Source: Alphaproteobacteria bacterium (GTDB lineage: Bacteria > Pseudomonadota > Alphaproteobacteria > MPNO01 > UBA830). From it: a stretch of 64,000 bases of DNA. Numbering within the stretch: position 1 is the stretch's first letter; every line of letters starts with the position of its first letter. Both the position numbers and the translations under genes were made by a program. This document shows positions 43,136-53,267 of the stretch, piece by piece. Below the pieces are notes generated by a model that was not told the origin of the DNA, did no database searches, and saw only the letters and a list, made by a program, of their open reading frames with translations. The stretch lies in NCBI GenBank assembly GCA_964291215.2, contig OZ219790.1:2240001-2304000 (forward strand), read 5' to 3'.

Positions 43136-43137
43136 AC

Positions 43138-43324
43138 CAGAACTTTCCCACGCTGTGGTTGATGTTCTAACTGACCGCTGAACGGGGCACAAATTTCCGT
43201 ATTCTTGCCAGGTTTTCCAGCTGAAGCGACCCGTGGACGGCCCCGCGGCCAGAAAACCCGGCAGGCTGTGCAGCCTCCCTCCATCAGTAGTCGGCAAGAT
43301 CGAATGCAACATGGGAAAGTCCTG
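43138..43324. mobile_element. 187-bp MITE, copy 1
   Basis: TIR CAGAACTTTCCC / GGGAAAGTCCTG; homologous to 61369-61555. Confidence 0.75.
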
Positions 43325-43404
43325 ACAGACGACGGAAAACGGTTTCACCTGAACCGGAGACCATATAGAGTTCCCGGTGGGACAACCGCAGGAGGTGGAC
43401 AGAC

Positions 43405-43980
43405 ATGACTGCAACCAGACGCGAGATCGACGCGTTCGGCCTTCACCATTCGGCCTATCGCTGCCGCGACGCCGAGGAGACCCGCGCCCTCTGGGAGGAC
43501 AGGATCGGCTTTCCCCTGGTCATGGCGCTGCAGATCGACGAACACCCGACCAGCGGCGAGGCGGTGAGCTACATGCACATCTTCTTCGACATCGGCAACA
43601 ACGGCGCCGCACCGGGGCAGTCGAACTACCTCGCCTTTTTCGATGTGCCGTTCCGCGAGGGCGACGACCCGGACGAGCTCTACAAGACCCGCTGGGGCAT
43701 GGATCTCCACTTCGCCATGCGGGTCGCCGGCCACGCTGCGCTCGGCGCATGGGCCGAGCGCCTGTCCGCCGCCGGGGTCCCCTTCGAGGGGCCGATCAGG
43801 CATGGCATCTGCAGTTCGATCTATTTTCACGACCCCAACGGATACCGGTTCGAGTTCACCGCCGAGAACGACACCGAAACCCGGGAGTTCCTGGAGCACG
43901 GGGACACGGCACACGAACACCTGCATGCGTGGAACAGCTGGAAGGCAGCGGAGGCAGAGCGGCGGGATCGCACGGGATAA
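43405..43980 (+). CDS. VOC/glyoxalase-family protein
   Basis: LHHSAYRCRDAEET, YMHIFF, HFAMRV, SIYFHDPNGYRFE; AGGAGG upstream. Confidence 0.9.
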   Translation: MTATRREIDAFGLHHSAYRCRDAEETRALWEDRIGFPLVMALQIDEHPTSGEAVSYMHIFFDIGNNGAAPGQSNYLAFFDVPFREGDDPDELYKTRWGMDLHFAMRVAGHAALGAWAERLSAAGVPFEGPIRHGICSSIYFHDPNGYRFEFTAENDTETREFLEHGDTAHEHLHAWNSWKAAEAERRDRTG

Positions 43981-44098
43981 GCCGCTGCCGCCACCGGAAC
44001 CGCACGAGCACGCCTGGCAGGCTGAGGGTGGACATTCAGCGAGACGCCCCTCCCCCTGCGCATCCTACGGCACGGCGCCAAACGTCAGAGCACGACAC

Positions 44099-44985
44099 AT
44101 GGAGTTCAGATCCATTGTCGGCGCGGAAGGCAATGCGCTGACCGTCTCGGTTATCGGGCTGGGTTGCAACAATTTCGGCCGCAGGCTGGACGAGCGCGAC
44201 TCGCGGGCGGTCATCCATGCCGCGCTCTATGCCGTAATCACCCTGTTCGACACCGCCGAGTCCCATGGCGGCGGCCGGTCGGAAAACTATATCGGGAAGG
44301 CGCCGGGCGACCGGTGCCGCGAGACTGTCATCGCCACCAAGTTCGGCTGGAGCGACGCGCGGCCCCGCACCATTGCCAGCGCGGTCGAGGGCAGCCTGAA
44401 ACGCCTTCGCACCGACGTGATCGACCTTTATCAGTTCCACCGGCCCGACCCGTCGACGCCCATCGCCGACACCCTCGAAGCGCTCGAAACGCTGGTGGCA
44501 CAGGGGGAGGTCCGCTTCGTCGGTTGTTCCAATTTCTCGGGCGACCAGATCGCGGAAACACGGGCGGTTTCGGACGCGCGCGGCTGGTGCGCCTTCGTCA
44601 CCACGCAGAACCGCCACAGCCTGCTCGACCGCGACGCCGAACTCCACATGGCGCCGGCCTGTGCGGCAGCGGGAATGGGAATCCTGCCCTACTACCCGCT
44701 GGCCAACGGGCTGCTGACCGGCAAATACGGGCGCCCTGGCCACGCGGGACGCGGCTGTCGGCCGGACAGGTCTCCGAGGCCGAGTGGCAGGCGGCCGAGC
44801 GGCTGCAGCGCTTCGCAAAGGCGGAGGGCCGCAGCCCGCTCGAACTGGCCGTCTCCTGGCTCGCCGCACAGCCCGGCGTCCTCAGCGTGGTCGCCGGCGC
44901 CACCTCGCCCGCGCAGGTCACAGGCAACGCCGCGGGCTGGCGGCTCGCTGAAGCAGAACTCGCGGCAATCGACCGTCTCACTTGA
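44099..44985 (+). pseudogene. Aldo/keto reductase, frameshifted near 44740
   Basis: GLGCNNFG, FDTAE, ATKFG, SLKRLRTDVIDLYQFH, PYYPLANGLLTGKY; C-terminus LAVSWLAAQPGV in another frame. Confidence 0.85.
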
Positions 44986-45076
44986 CCGGAACCGGCCCGC
45001 TTGTGGGACCGTCGTCGTCGGCGCCGGACGAATCCGGTGCTATAGTGGGACGGCAGCTTTCTCGGAAAGAAGATCA

Positions 45077-46144
45077 ATGACCTTTGCTACCAACACCGCA
45101 GACCGCCCCGTCGCCGTCAGCGGCCGGCCGGTCATCGACCCGGCGGACTGGACCGGCGCCGAACTGCTGTCGCGGAACGATTGGCGCTTCGAGGCGACAG
45201 ACGCGGAATCCGCCCATCTGGTCGACATGGCCCGCGCTTGTGCCGCCCGGCTGAACGGCGACCCAAACCGGCTCCTCGAGACTTCACGGTCCGACTTCAA
45301 TCTCGGCCCCTTCACCGAGCAAGTCACCGCCATGCTGGACCGGCTGCGCGACGACCCCGGCGTCGCATTCTATCGCGGCCTGCCGATGGACGATCTGTCG
45401 CTGATGGAGGCGGCGGTAGTGTACTGGGCGATCGGACTGCATATGGGCGTTGCCCAGTCGAACAACCCCGAAGGCGACATGATCGGCCATGTACTGGACG
45501 CCGGACGCGACTACAACAATCCGAAGCACCGTGGCTACCAGACCAGCGCGACGATGGACTATCACTGCGATCAGACGGACGCTGTCGGCCTCCTGTGCAT
45601 CCACACCGCGAAATCCGGGGGCCAGTCCAAGATTGCGAGTTCGGTCAGGCTCTACAACGAGGTGCAACGCCAACGTCCCGACCTTCTGGACGCGCTGATA
45701 GGCCCCTTTTGCTGGACCAAGCACGCCGAACAGGACGCGGACGAGCAGCCGTGGTACGAAAGCCCGGTCTTCAACTTCCTCGACGGCAGGCTGTGCACCG
45801 CCCTCGGGCCGCAGCACATCATGAAGGGCCATGCCCTGGCCGAAGCGCCTGACATGACGCCCCTGCAGCGTGAAGCGATCAATTTCGTTTCGGCCCTGGC
45901 CGAGGAGCATCATGCCGCGATGTCATTCCGCCGCGGCGACATTCAGTTCCTCAACAACTACACGGTCGTCCACACGAGGACGGGTTTCATCGACTGGCCC
46001 GAGCCGGAGCGCAAGCGCGTCCTGTGGCGCCTCTGGCTGAAGGTGCCGGAGTTCCGTCCGGCAACGCCCTATTCGGCGCAATGGTCGCGCGGCGTCAACC
46101 TCAGGCAGACGCAGCAGCAGATCCAGCTCGTCTACAGCGGATAG
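45077..46144 (+). CDS. TauD/TfdA-family 2OG-Fe(II) dioxygenase
   Basis: YHCD (HxD), GDIQFLNNYTVVHTR, RVLWRLW. Confidence 0.9.
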   Translation: MTFATNTADRPVAVSGRPVIDPADWTGAELLSRNDWRFEATDAESAHLVDMARACAARLNGDPNRLLETSRSDFNLGPFTEQVTAMLDRLRDDPGVAFYRGLPMDDLSLMEAAVVYWAIGLHMGVAQSNNPEGDMIGHVLDAGRDYNNPKHRGYQTSATMDYHCDQTDAVGLLCIHTAKSGGQSKIASSVRLYNEVQRQRPDLLDALIGPFCWTKHAEQDADEQPWYESPVFNFLDGRLCTALGPQHIMKGHALAEAPDMTPLQREAINFVSALAEEHHAAMSFRRGDIQFLNNYTVVHTRTGFIDWPEPERKRVLWRLWLKVPEFRPATPYSAQWSRGVNLRQTQQQIQLVYSG

Positions 46145-46605
46145 GCTGCAGGGCACGGCACCTACGGCGCAGAACTGCTCCGAACCGGACGGGCGAGGGA
46201 ACGGGTCCCGCCGCATCGCGGCGTAATGCCGTGACGCACGATGCAGCTGTTTGCGGGCTCGGAACCGGGATCGCCCGAACGCGCCTCGCCGGTTCAGGTG
46301 CGGTGAAGAGCCCTTCGGTCCGCGAACGCCGAAGGCTGCGCTGCGGCCCGGCCGCAGCATCCGGCAACGGCGCCACTGTCCGCCACGCAGGTCCCACGGG
46401 AAACGGAATCCGCCACAGCACCGGTTGGCAACCGCGTTGCGCACAGGCATCCTGCGATCGGTGCGGAAATACGGACGGAGATGACGATGTTCTCTTTGCC
46501 GGCTGCAGGATCGGCGCCGCGGACAGCGTGGCCAGAACATCGCTTGGGCTGCTGCCCGGAGCGGCATGATCGCCGGCGCGGTGCGCAGCAATACCGGACC
46601 GATCC

Positions 46606-47901
46606 GTGATCGCCGTTCGAACCGTCAACCCGTGGCCCCGAACAGCAGCAGCCGGCGATCTCGGCAGGTTGTTCGACGTTCTCGAATCCGCAGGCGCATC
46701 CGTCCGTTTTGTGGGAGGTTGCGTGCGCGACGCCCTGCTCGGCCGGCCATCGGAAGACACAGATCTCGCGACCAACGCCCCACCGCAACGCGTCATGGAG
46801 ATCCTCGACCGCGCCGGGATCGCGACGGTGCCGACCGGCCTTTCCCATGGCACAGTGACCGCGGTCACTGGCGACGGTCCAGTCCAGATCACCACGTTGA
46901 GACGAGACGTGTCGACGGACGGACGGCGGGCAGCCGTCGCCCACACCGCTGACTGGGCCGAAGATGCGGCCCGCCGGGACTTCACGATGAACGCACTGTC
47001 GGCCGATCGCGACGGAAACGTGCACGACTACGTCGGCGGGCTCGAGGACCTGGAAGCCGGCCGCGTGCGCTTCATCGGCGACGCGGCGGACCGCATCGCC
47101 GAGGATCATCTGCGTATTCTCCGGTTCTTCCGGTTCCATGCCTGGTATGCCAGAGGGGCGGCCGATGCCGGCGCGCTCGCGGCCTGTACGGCGGCTGCCG
47201 ACCGAATCGACCGGCTGTCGGGAGAACGGCTGTGGCACGAGTTGTCCCGCACGCTGACGGCGCCGGATCCCGGAACCGTGTTCGCGATCATGAACACGGC
47301 CGGCGTGCTCGAACGGCTGCTGCCGGTGGCCCGGCGCCCGGAACGGATTGCGGCGCTGCCGGCGCTTGAGCGCGGCGCCTCCGTCAAGCCGGAGGCGCTC
47401 AGGCGTCTGGCCTCGCTCATCAATGCCTCGGAAGGGGAGGTCATCAAGCTCAGCCGACGGCTCCGCATGTCGCGTACCGAGACGGCCCGCCTGAAAGCCC
47501 TGATCACGCGGCGCGGGGTTTTCCTGCCGGCGCCCGGAAAGGCCGCGGCGCGCCGGTTGCTCTACGATGCCGGCGCCGCGCTTTTCGTGGACCTGCTGCT
47601 TCTCGATCACGCCGAGGAGACAGCGCGCGATCCGGACGCTTCGGCGCGGCACGCCCGAACCCGGGAAGACCTCGTCCGAATCGCCAACGATTGGCAAGCA
47701 CCGCGTTTTCCGCTCGACGGAAGGGATGCCGCCAACGCCGGCCTCGGCGAAGGTCCCGGGGTCGGCAAGTGCCTTGGTGCGGTCGAGGAATGGTGGATCG
47801 GCAACGACTTCGCACCAGGCCGGGCCGCCTGCCTTGACCGTCTTCGAAAGGTCGCCGAAGAATGGAAGCGGAGCCAGCCGGAGGGCGATCCCCGCGGCTA
47901 A
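46606..47901 (+). CDS. cca: CCA tRNA nucleotidyltransferase
   Basis: VGGCVRDALL, DTDLAT, TTLRRD, RRDFTMNAL, EDHLRILRFFRF. Confidence 0.93.
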   Translation: MIAVRTVNPWPRTAAAGDLGRLFDVLESAGASVRFVGGCVRDALLGRPSEDTDLATNAPPQRVMEILDRAGIATVPTGLSHGTVTAVTGDGPVQITTLRRDVSTDGRRAAVAHTADWAEDAARRDFTMNALSADRDGNVHDYVGGLEDLEAGRVRFIGDAADRIAEDHLRILRFFRFHAWYARGAADAGALAACTAAADRIDRLSGERLWHELSRTLTAPDPGTVFAIMNTAGVLERLLPVARRPERIAALPALERGASVKPEALRRLASLINASEGEVIKLSRRLRMSRTETARLKALITRRGVFLPAPGKAAARRLLYDAGAALFVDLLLLDHAEETARDPDASARHARTREDLVRIANDWQAPRFPLDGRDAANAGLGEGPGVGKCLGAVEEWWIGNDFAPGRAACLDRLRKVAEEWKRSQPEGDPRG

Positions 47902-47923
47902 CGCCAGGCAGGAGAGAAACGGA

Positions 47924-49510
47924 ATGCACAGCGGTTTCGAGATTATCCGGCTCGCCGCCAACCGCACGCCCGACCATCTCGCGATGATCGACGACCGGAC
48001 AGAGCGGCGGCTGACCTACAGCCGGCTCATGGTGGAGATCGATGCGGTCGCGGCCGGCTTCGCAGCGCACGGAATTAAGCGCGGCGCCCGGGTGGCGACC
48101 ATCCTTCCGGGCTTGTGGGAACATTGCATCGCGCTGCTCGCGCTGATGCGCCTGAACGCCGTTCCGGCGCTTCTCAACTTCCGGCTCGGGCACGAAGAAC
48201 TGACCGGACTGTGCAAGGCCGGCGATATCGACGCAGCAGTCATCGGACCCGATCCGGAACTCGCCCGCCAGCTTGCTGGCGTGCTCCCGGAAGGTGCGCC
48301 GATCTGGTCGGCAGGCGGTGACGCGGGATCCGCCCTCGCCTTCGCGGACTGCCGCGGCAACGCCGGCGCACTCGCGCCCTACGAGAAGCCGGACGCGGAA
48401 GAGATCGCGTTCCTGTTCTACACCTCCGGCACCACCGGACTGCCGAAGGCCGTGGTGCTCGCCCACCGGACGACCGAGCCCCGGCTCCTGTGGCTCGCGA
48501 CCCAGGGCGGGCTGTGCCACGGCACGCATAACAGGGCGCTCGGTTGCATGCCGCTCAGCCATGCGATCGGTTTCTACGGCGTCTTTCTCGTGACCCTCGC
48601 CTTCAACGGCAGCTATTTCGTGGTGTCGGAATTCAACCCGGCAGCGATCGTCGACCTGGTAGCCCGCGAGCGGTTGACCTACGCCTTCTGCATACCTCCG
48701 ATGTTCCAGGCGATGGTGTCGGCCCCGGGCTATGCGCCCGCGAAGATGGCCTCGATCGAGCGCGTGTTCTATGGCGGGGTGACGATCGATCCTGAACTTC
48801 TGGTCCGGATGGACCGGGAATGGGGCGGCACCGTGCGCCACATCTACGGCACGACAGAGACGATGTGCTCGCTCTATCATCCCAGCCCCGTCGGCCGCCA
48901 CGCCAAATTGCGGCCCGGCTATTATTCGCATGTCCGTCTCGCACGCATCCGCGGCGCCGGGCCGCACGACACTGTCGGAGCGGGCGAGGAGGGCGAACTG
49001 ATCGTCGATGCTACCGTGGACACCATATTCTCCGAATATCTCGAACGCCCCGATGCGACTGCCGAGAAACTGCGCAATGGCTGGTACTACACCGGTGACA
49101 TCTTCGCGCAGGATTCCGACGGCGACCTGACACTGATCGGACGGGTCGACGACATGATCCGGTCCGGCGGCGAGAGCATACACCCCGAGGAAGTCGAGGC
49201 CGCGCTGGAATTCTGCGCGGCAGTCCGCGAGGCCGGCGTGGTCGGGATTCCCGACCACCGATGGGGGCAGATGACCGTGGCCTGCGTCGTTCCCGCACCT
49301 GCAGCGACTCCCGGAGAGAAACTCGCAAGCGAGCTCGACAGTTGGTGTCGGCAAACGGCGCTGGCCCGCTTCAAGCGGCCGCGGGGCTACGTGTTTCTCG
49401 ACGGCCTGCCGCGCAGCGCCGCAAACAAGGTCTTGCGGCGCCGGCTACGGGATCTTGCCGCAGCGGCGCGGGACGGCGAAGCCGCCGAGCAGTTCTTCAG
49501 CCCCGAATAG
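47924..49510 (+). CDS. Aryl-CoA ligase, 4-chlorobenzoate-CoA ligase-like
   Basis: FYTSGTTGLPKA, GLCHGTHN, MPLSHAIGF, IYGTTE, GRVDDMIRSGGESIHP. Confidence 0.85.
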   Translation: MHSGFEIIRLAANRTPDHLAMIDDRTERRLTYSRLMVEIDAVAAGFAAHGIKRGARVATILPGLWEHCIALLALMRLNAVPALLNFRLGHEELTGLCKAGDIDAAVIGPDPELARQLAGVLPEGAPIWSAGGDAGSALAFADCRGNAGALAPYEKPDAEEIAFLFYTSGTTGLPKAVVLAHRTTEPRLLWLATQGGLCHGTHNRALGCMPLSHAIGFYGVFLVTLAFNGSYFVVSEFNPAAIVDLVARERLTYAFCIPPMFQAMVSAPGYAPAKMASIERVFYGGVTIDPELLVRMDREWGGTVRHIYGTTETMCSLYHPSPVGRHAKLRPGYYSHVRLARIRGAGPHDTVGAGEEGELIVDATVDTIFSEYLERPDATAEKLRNGWYYTGDIFAQDSDGDLTLIGRVDDMIRSGGESIHPEEVEAALEFCAAVREAGVVGIPDHRWGQMTVACVVPAPAATPGEKLASELDSWCRQTALARFKRPRGYVFLDGLPRSAANKVLRRRLRDLAAAARDGEAAEQFFSPE

Positions 49511-49721
49511 TCGGACGTACCCGAACCGGACATCGAACATCACCTGCCACCGGCACACCGGACAAGCGACCGATTTCGTCATCGACCCGCTTCGCCATCG
49601 CCATGTGGACCGGGATCGCGGCCCTTCTGCGCGCCTCGTCACGCCAACAGTCCCGGACAGGTGACGGCTGGGAATTCTGCAGGGACCGAATGGCCGGGCA
49701 GCAGGGCGAGACGGCTGGCGC

Positions 49722-50573
49722 TCACGGCCATCGGACCTCGGGCGGCAGGGACATCAGGATCGCGTCGACATTGCCGCCGGTCTTCAACCCGAAAGCCGTC
49801 CCGCGGTCATGGAGCAGATTGAATTCGACATAACGGCCGCGCCGGACCAGCAGGTGCTCGCGCTGTGCGGCCGTCCATGGCCGGTTCATGTGCCGCCTTG
49901 CGATTTCCGGACAGACTTCCAGAAAGGCGCGGCCCACGTCCCGGGTGAAGGCAAAGTCGGCGTCCAGGTCGCCAGAATCGAGATTGTCGTAGAATATGCC
50001 GCCAACGCCGCGCCTCTCGTTGCGGTGCGGAAGAAAGAAGTACTCGTCGCACCATTTGCTGAATCTCGGATAGTACGACCGGTCGTGCCGGTCGCAGGCC
50101 TCCTTGAGGACATCGTGGAAGCGCCGCGTGTCAGCGTCGTCGGGATAGCAGGGCGTCATGTCGCTGCCGCCGCCGAACCACTGCCGGGTGGTGACGATAA
50201 AGCGCGTGTTCATGTGAAAGGCCGGGACCAGCGGCGACTGCATGTGGGCAACGACCGAGATCCCGGACGCCGAGAAGCGCGGGTCGTCATCGGCACCGGG
50301 AATCTGCTTCCGGAACTCCTCCGAAAACTCCCCGTGAACGGTCGAGACGTTGACTCCGACCTTCTCGAAGACCCGCCCGCGCATGATCGACATCACGCCG
50401 CCGCCACCGCCCGGACGGTCCCAGGGGGTACGGACGAAACGGCCGGGGACGCCGCTCCCCGCGGCATCGTTTGGAGGCGCAACCTCATTCTCGAGCACCT
50501 CGAAAGCCGCGCAGATGCTGTCCCGGAGCTCGCGAAACCAGGACGCGGCGCTTTCTTGCCTGTCCGTCGCCAT
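49722..50573 (-). CDS. hemF: Oxygen-dependent coproporphyrinogen III oxidase
   Basis: [43 protein letters not shown]. Confidence 0.96.
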   Translation of the reverse strand: MATDRQESAASWFRELRDSICAAFEVLENEVAPPNDAAGSGVPGRFVRTPWDRPGGGGGVMSIMRGRVFEKVGVNVSTVHGEFSEEFRKQIPGADDDPRFSASGISVVAHMQSPLVPAFHMNTRFIVTTRQWFGGGSDMTPCYPDDADTRRFHDVLKEACDRHDRSYYPRFSKWCDEYFFLPHRNERRGVGGIFYDNLDSGDLDADFAFTRDVGRAFLEVCPEIARRHMNRPWTAAQREHLLVRRGRYVEFNLLHDRGTAFGLKTGGNVDAILMSLPPEVRWP

Positions 50574-50755
50574 GCCCGGAGCAGCTCAGGCGCCGTGCGC
50601 CGGACCGGACGGATTGCCGGAACCCGTCCGCTGGTGCGGAGGCACCGGTTCGCCAATGATCCCGAAGATCAGTGCGCCCCACGGCAGCATCATGGCTGGC
50701 CGTCGTCCTGTCCGGACAGGGTAAAAGATAAAGGGCCGCGGCGCGGCCGGCACGG

Positions 50756-51016
50756 TCAGAGGGTTTTGATGCGGCGGGAAAGCCTGGAAATCCTGCGCGC
50801 GGCCGTATTCTTCTTGACCACGCCGCGGGTTACGCCACGCATGATTTCGGGCTGCGCCTGGCGCAGGGCTTCAGCGGCAGCGTCCCTGTCGCCCGCCTCG
50901 ATGGCCGCCTCGACCTTCCTGATGAAGGTGCGGATACGTGACCTCCGGGCGCCGTTGACCGGGGTCTGGCGGGCATCGCGCCTCACCCGCTTTCTTGCAG
51001 ATGTCGTGTTTGCCAT
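50756..51016 (-). CDS. rpsT: 30S ribosomal protein S20
   Basis: [12 protein letters not shown]...[12 protein letters not shown]...[11 protein letters not shown]. Confidence 0.96.
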   Translation of the reverse strand: MANTTSARKRVRRDARQTPVNGARRSRIRTFIRKVEAAIEAGDRDAAAEALRQAQPEIMRGVTRGVVKKNTAARRISRLSRRIKTL

Positions 51017-51150
51017 CGTCTTTCCCTTGCAGAGCATACCGCATCTAGATCAAAAGAGGCCCCGCGTCAAGCGCCGACTGATCCGACACCAGAATTTAGC
51101 GTGAGACCATGCTGACGACCAGTCCCCTTGCCATGGCAAGGATCATTGTT

Positions 51151-51329
51151 CCCCACTTCCAGTCTGAAGTGCAACATCCGGCCCTCATCTCCGTTCGGGC
51201 TACGCCCTCACTGCGATGAGGGCCGGATGTTGCACAAATTTTCCCCCTCTGCCCCTCTCGATTCCGCCCGGGAACAGCCTTAGTTCCTTCAACATCGAGC
51301 TTATGCAACGCCTTTGTCGGCTTCAAGCC
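51151..51329 (-). mobile_element. IS30-family right-end fragment
   Basis: Near-identical to 57619-57797; TTCCAGTCTGAAGTGCAACA. Confidence 0.8.
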
Positions 51330-51450
51330 CCAAGGCTCGTGATGGTGCACGGCAAGCTGCTCCAGCACCTTCCTGGCGTCCGTCTCGGCGACGCGCCTGA
51401 CGGACAGTGCGTTCCAGTTCCCTGCGGCGATCGCGAGCGAGCGAGGCCAT
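51330..51450 (-). pseudogene. Probable pglX (BREX methyltransferase) N-terminal stub
   Basis: MASLARDRRRELERTVRQAR / VAETDARKVLEQLAV resembles PglX N-termini as recalled; position downstream of brxC. Confidence 0.5.
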
Positions 51451-51454
51451 AGTC

Positions 51455-52069
51455 TCAGGCTCCCTGGATCGCCTGTCCCAATGCGCCGAACATGCGCGCG
51501 CAGCTGGGGCAACGTTGTTCCACCTTCTGTTGCTCGATCCGCTTCAGGAGGTCGCTGGCATGACGGATTTTGTGGTATGCGCCCTTCTGTGTTTGTCTGG
51601 TCGCCTGCGCCAATGCTGACGCAATGGCCGCTTTCGCGACTGTTTCGAGATTCTGGGTTTTAGGAAGGGCATTCCCATGGAAATACTGTCCATAGTACTC
51701 CGTGAGCGCATCGGGATCGGCGACGATCCACGCTTCCATCGTCTGCACCATGAGGTGCACCACATCGTCCGAAGCAAATTGGAGATCCCACCCGTCTCTC
51801 GATTGTAGGTGCGCTCGCGAAGAATTATTGACTGGGCCCTCCGCATCTACCAGCAGCGCGACAATCGCATCGTCTCCAGACTGGACCGCGTTTCGGAAAC
51901 CATCGAAAGCAGCAGTTCGGCCGCCGCAACAGACAACCTTCCAGCGCCACGACTTCGCCCTGACGTTGTCCTTCAGAGGGGTCAAAAAGGCATCCATGCC
52001 CTGACGAAGGGCAATCCTCGTATCTCTTCCGTCGCCCCCTCCCTCCATGTAGATTGCGACGCCACTCAT
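51455..52069 (-). CDS. DUF4276-family (TOPRIM-like) protein
   Basis: IYMEGGG, CCGGR, LLVDAE, MVQTMEAWIVAD, YHKIRH. Confidence 0.8.
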   Translation of the reverse strand: MSGVAIYMEGGGDGRDTRIALRQGMDAFLTPLKDNVRAKSWRWKVVCCGGRTAAFDGFRNAVQSGDDAIVALLVDAEGPVNNSSRAHLQSRDGWDLQFASDDVVHLMVQTMEAWIVADPDALTEYYGQYFHGNALPKTQNLETVAKAAIASALAQATRQTQKGAYHKIRHASDLLKRIEQQKVEQRCPSCARMFGALGQAIQGA

Positions 52070-53253
52070 GGGTTTGCCCCCAGTTCGCCCATGCGCCATA
52101 GGTCTCCCAGCCGATAGTCGTTCAACCAAGTTGCGAGCTTCTTGGGATCGAGCCGGCGGAGGATGGTACCCTCACCAGGCCGTTCGCAGGCGATGACGGC
52201 TTCCGGTTGGTTCGTGAGCGCAGACACGAGCGCGTCCGAGTGTGTCGTCACGATGAGTTGCATGCGCTCGGAGGCCTCCACCAGTAGGTCCGCTATCAAC
52301 GTGACCGCATCGGGATGAAGACCTAGTTCCGGCTCTTCGATGCAGACGAGGGGGGGCGGCGATGGAGACAGAAGCGTCGCAAGGAGCGCCACAAATCGGA
52401 TTGTTCCGTCGGACAGCCGTGTCGGCGGAACAGGCGAATCGAAGCCGGGCTCGTGCAAATAAAACTGCACGGTTCCACCCGAGACCCTGGTAGACATGCG
52501 CTCAAACCGAGGGAAGAAGCGTTTCAGAAGCTCATTGAACCGTCGCCCATCCTTGTGCTCGATTTGATTGAGAACTAGGGCGAGATTGCGGGCATCCGGC
52601 AGGAGCCTGTCTTCCGGCAGATCGGCTGGTTGAGGTTGGCGTAGTGGCGCATAACGTCCGAACGTCCACTCACGAAACGTCTGAATGGCACCAAAGCGCT
52701 GGCCGACCCAAGTGACTTCGGGGTAGAGATCCGGGTCCTTTCGCTGGGCCAGGACCGATTGGTCCGGAAGAAGTGTTTCCCGTTCAAGTCGCCGCGGCCG
52801 GTCTGTCCCAGGACCTCTCGCATTGCGTACGTTGATAGCCGGGCGCCCGCGCTGGAAGCGATAATAAAAGAAGACATCGTCCTTACCGTGGAGGGGTTCG
52901 ACCTCCTCGATCGCTTCATCGAGAACTTCGACGCGGCTCTGAACCGACGTGAACTCGAGACGATATCGCAAAGGCCGGCCGGTGGGGGTGTTTGCGTCCA
53001 ACTCGACATCGAGCGTAGCGGGCCCTTGCTCACTCACTCCCTTCCAAAGCCACTCAGCTGGCCCGCCTCCGTCACGAACGGCTTTTGCAAAATCGGTGGG
53101 CGTCGCGCGGAGTAGTTCGAAAGCTTCGATTACATTGGACTTCCCCGACCCGTTGGGTCCGATCAGCACATTGAGGCCATTCAAATCGAAAGCTTCTGAT
53201 CCGGGTGCAAAGGATAGAAAGCTATCGAGGCGGAGACGTTGGATGGTTCTCAT
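52066..53253 (-). CDS. AAA_21/ABC-type ATPase
   Basis: LIGPNGSGKSN, LSDGT, CIEEPELGLHP, VTTHS. Confidence 0.9.
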   Translation of the reverse strand: MRTIQRLRLDSFLSFAPGSEAFDLNGLNVLIGPNGSGKSNVIEAFELLRATPTDFAKAVRDGGGPAEWLWKGVSEQGPATLDVELDANTPTGRPLRYRLEFTSVQSRVEVLDEAIEEVEPLHGKDDVFFYYRFQRGRPAINVRNARGPGTDRPRRLERETLLPDQSVLAQRKDPDLYPEVTWVGQRFGAIQTFREWTFGRYAPLRQPQPADLPEDRLLPDARNLALVLNQIEHKDGRRFNELLKRFFPRFERMSTRVSGGTVQFYLHEPGFDSPVPPTRLSDGTIRFVALLATLLSPSPPPLVCIEEPELGLHPDAVTLIADLLVEASERMQLIVTTHSDALVSALTNQPEAVIACERPGEGTILRRLDPKKLATWLNDYRLGDLWRMGELGANP

Positions 53254-53267
53254 TGCTATGCCTCCCC

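Noticed and set aside
43643-46144. 833-aa AKR-TauD fusion ORF
   Set aside because: Read-through created by the AKR frameshift; TauD has its own start at 45077
46480-46569. Weak similarity to 33410-33460 (VARTSLGLL vs VAQTSLGLI)
   Set aside because: Too short to assign; may be chance or an unrecognisable remnant
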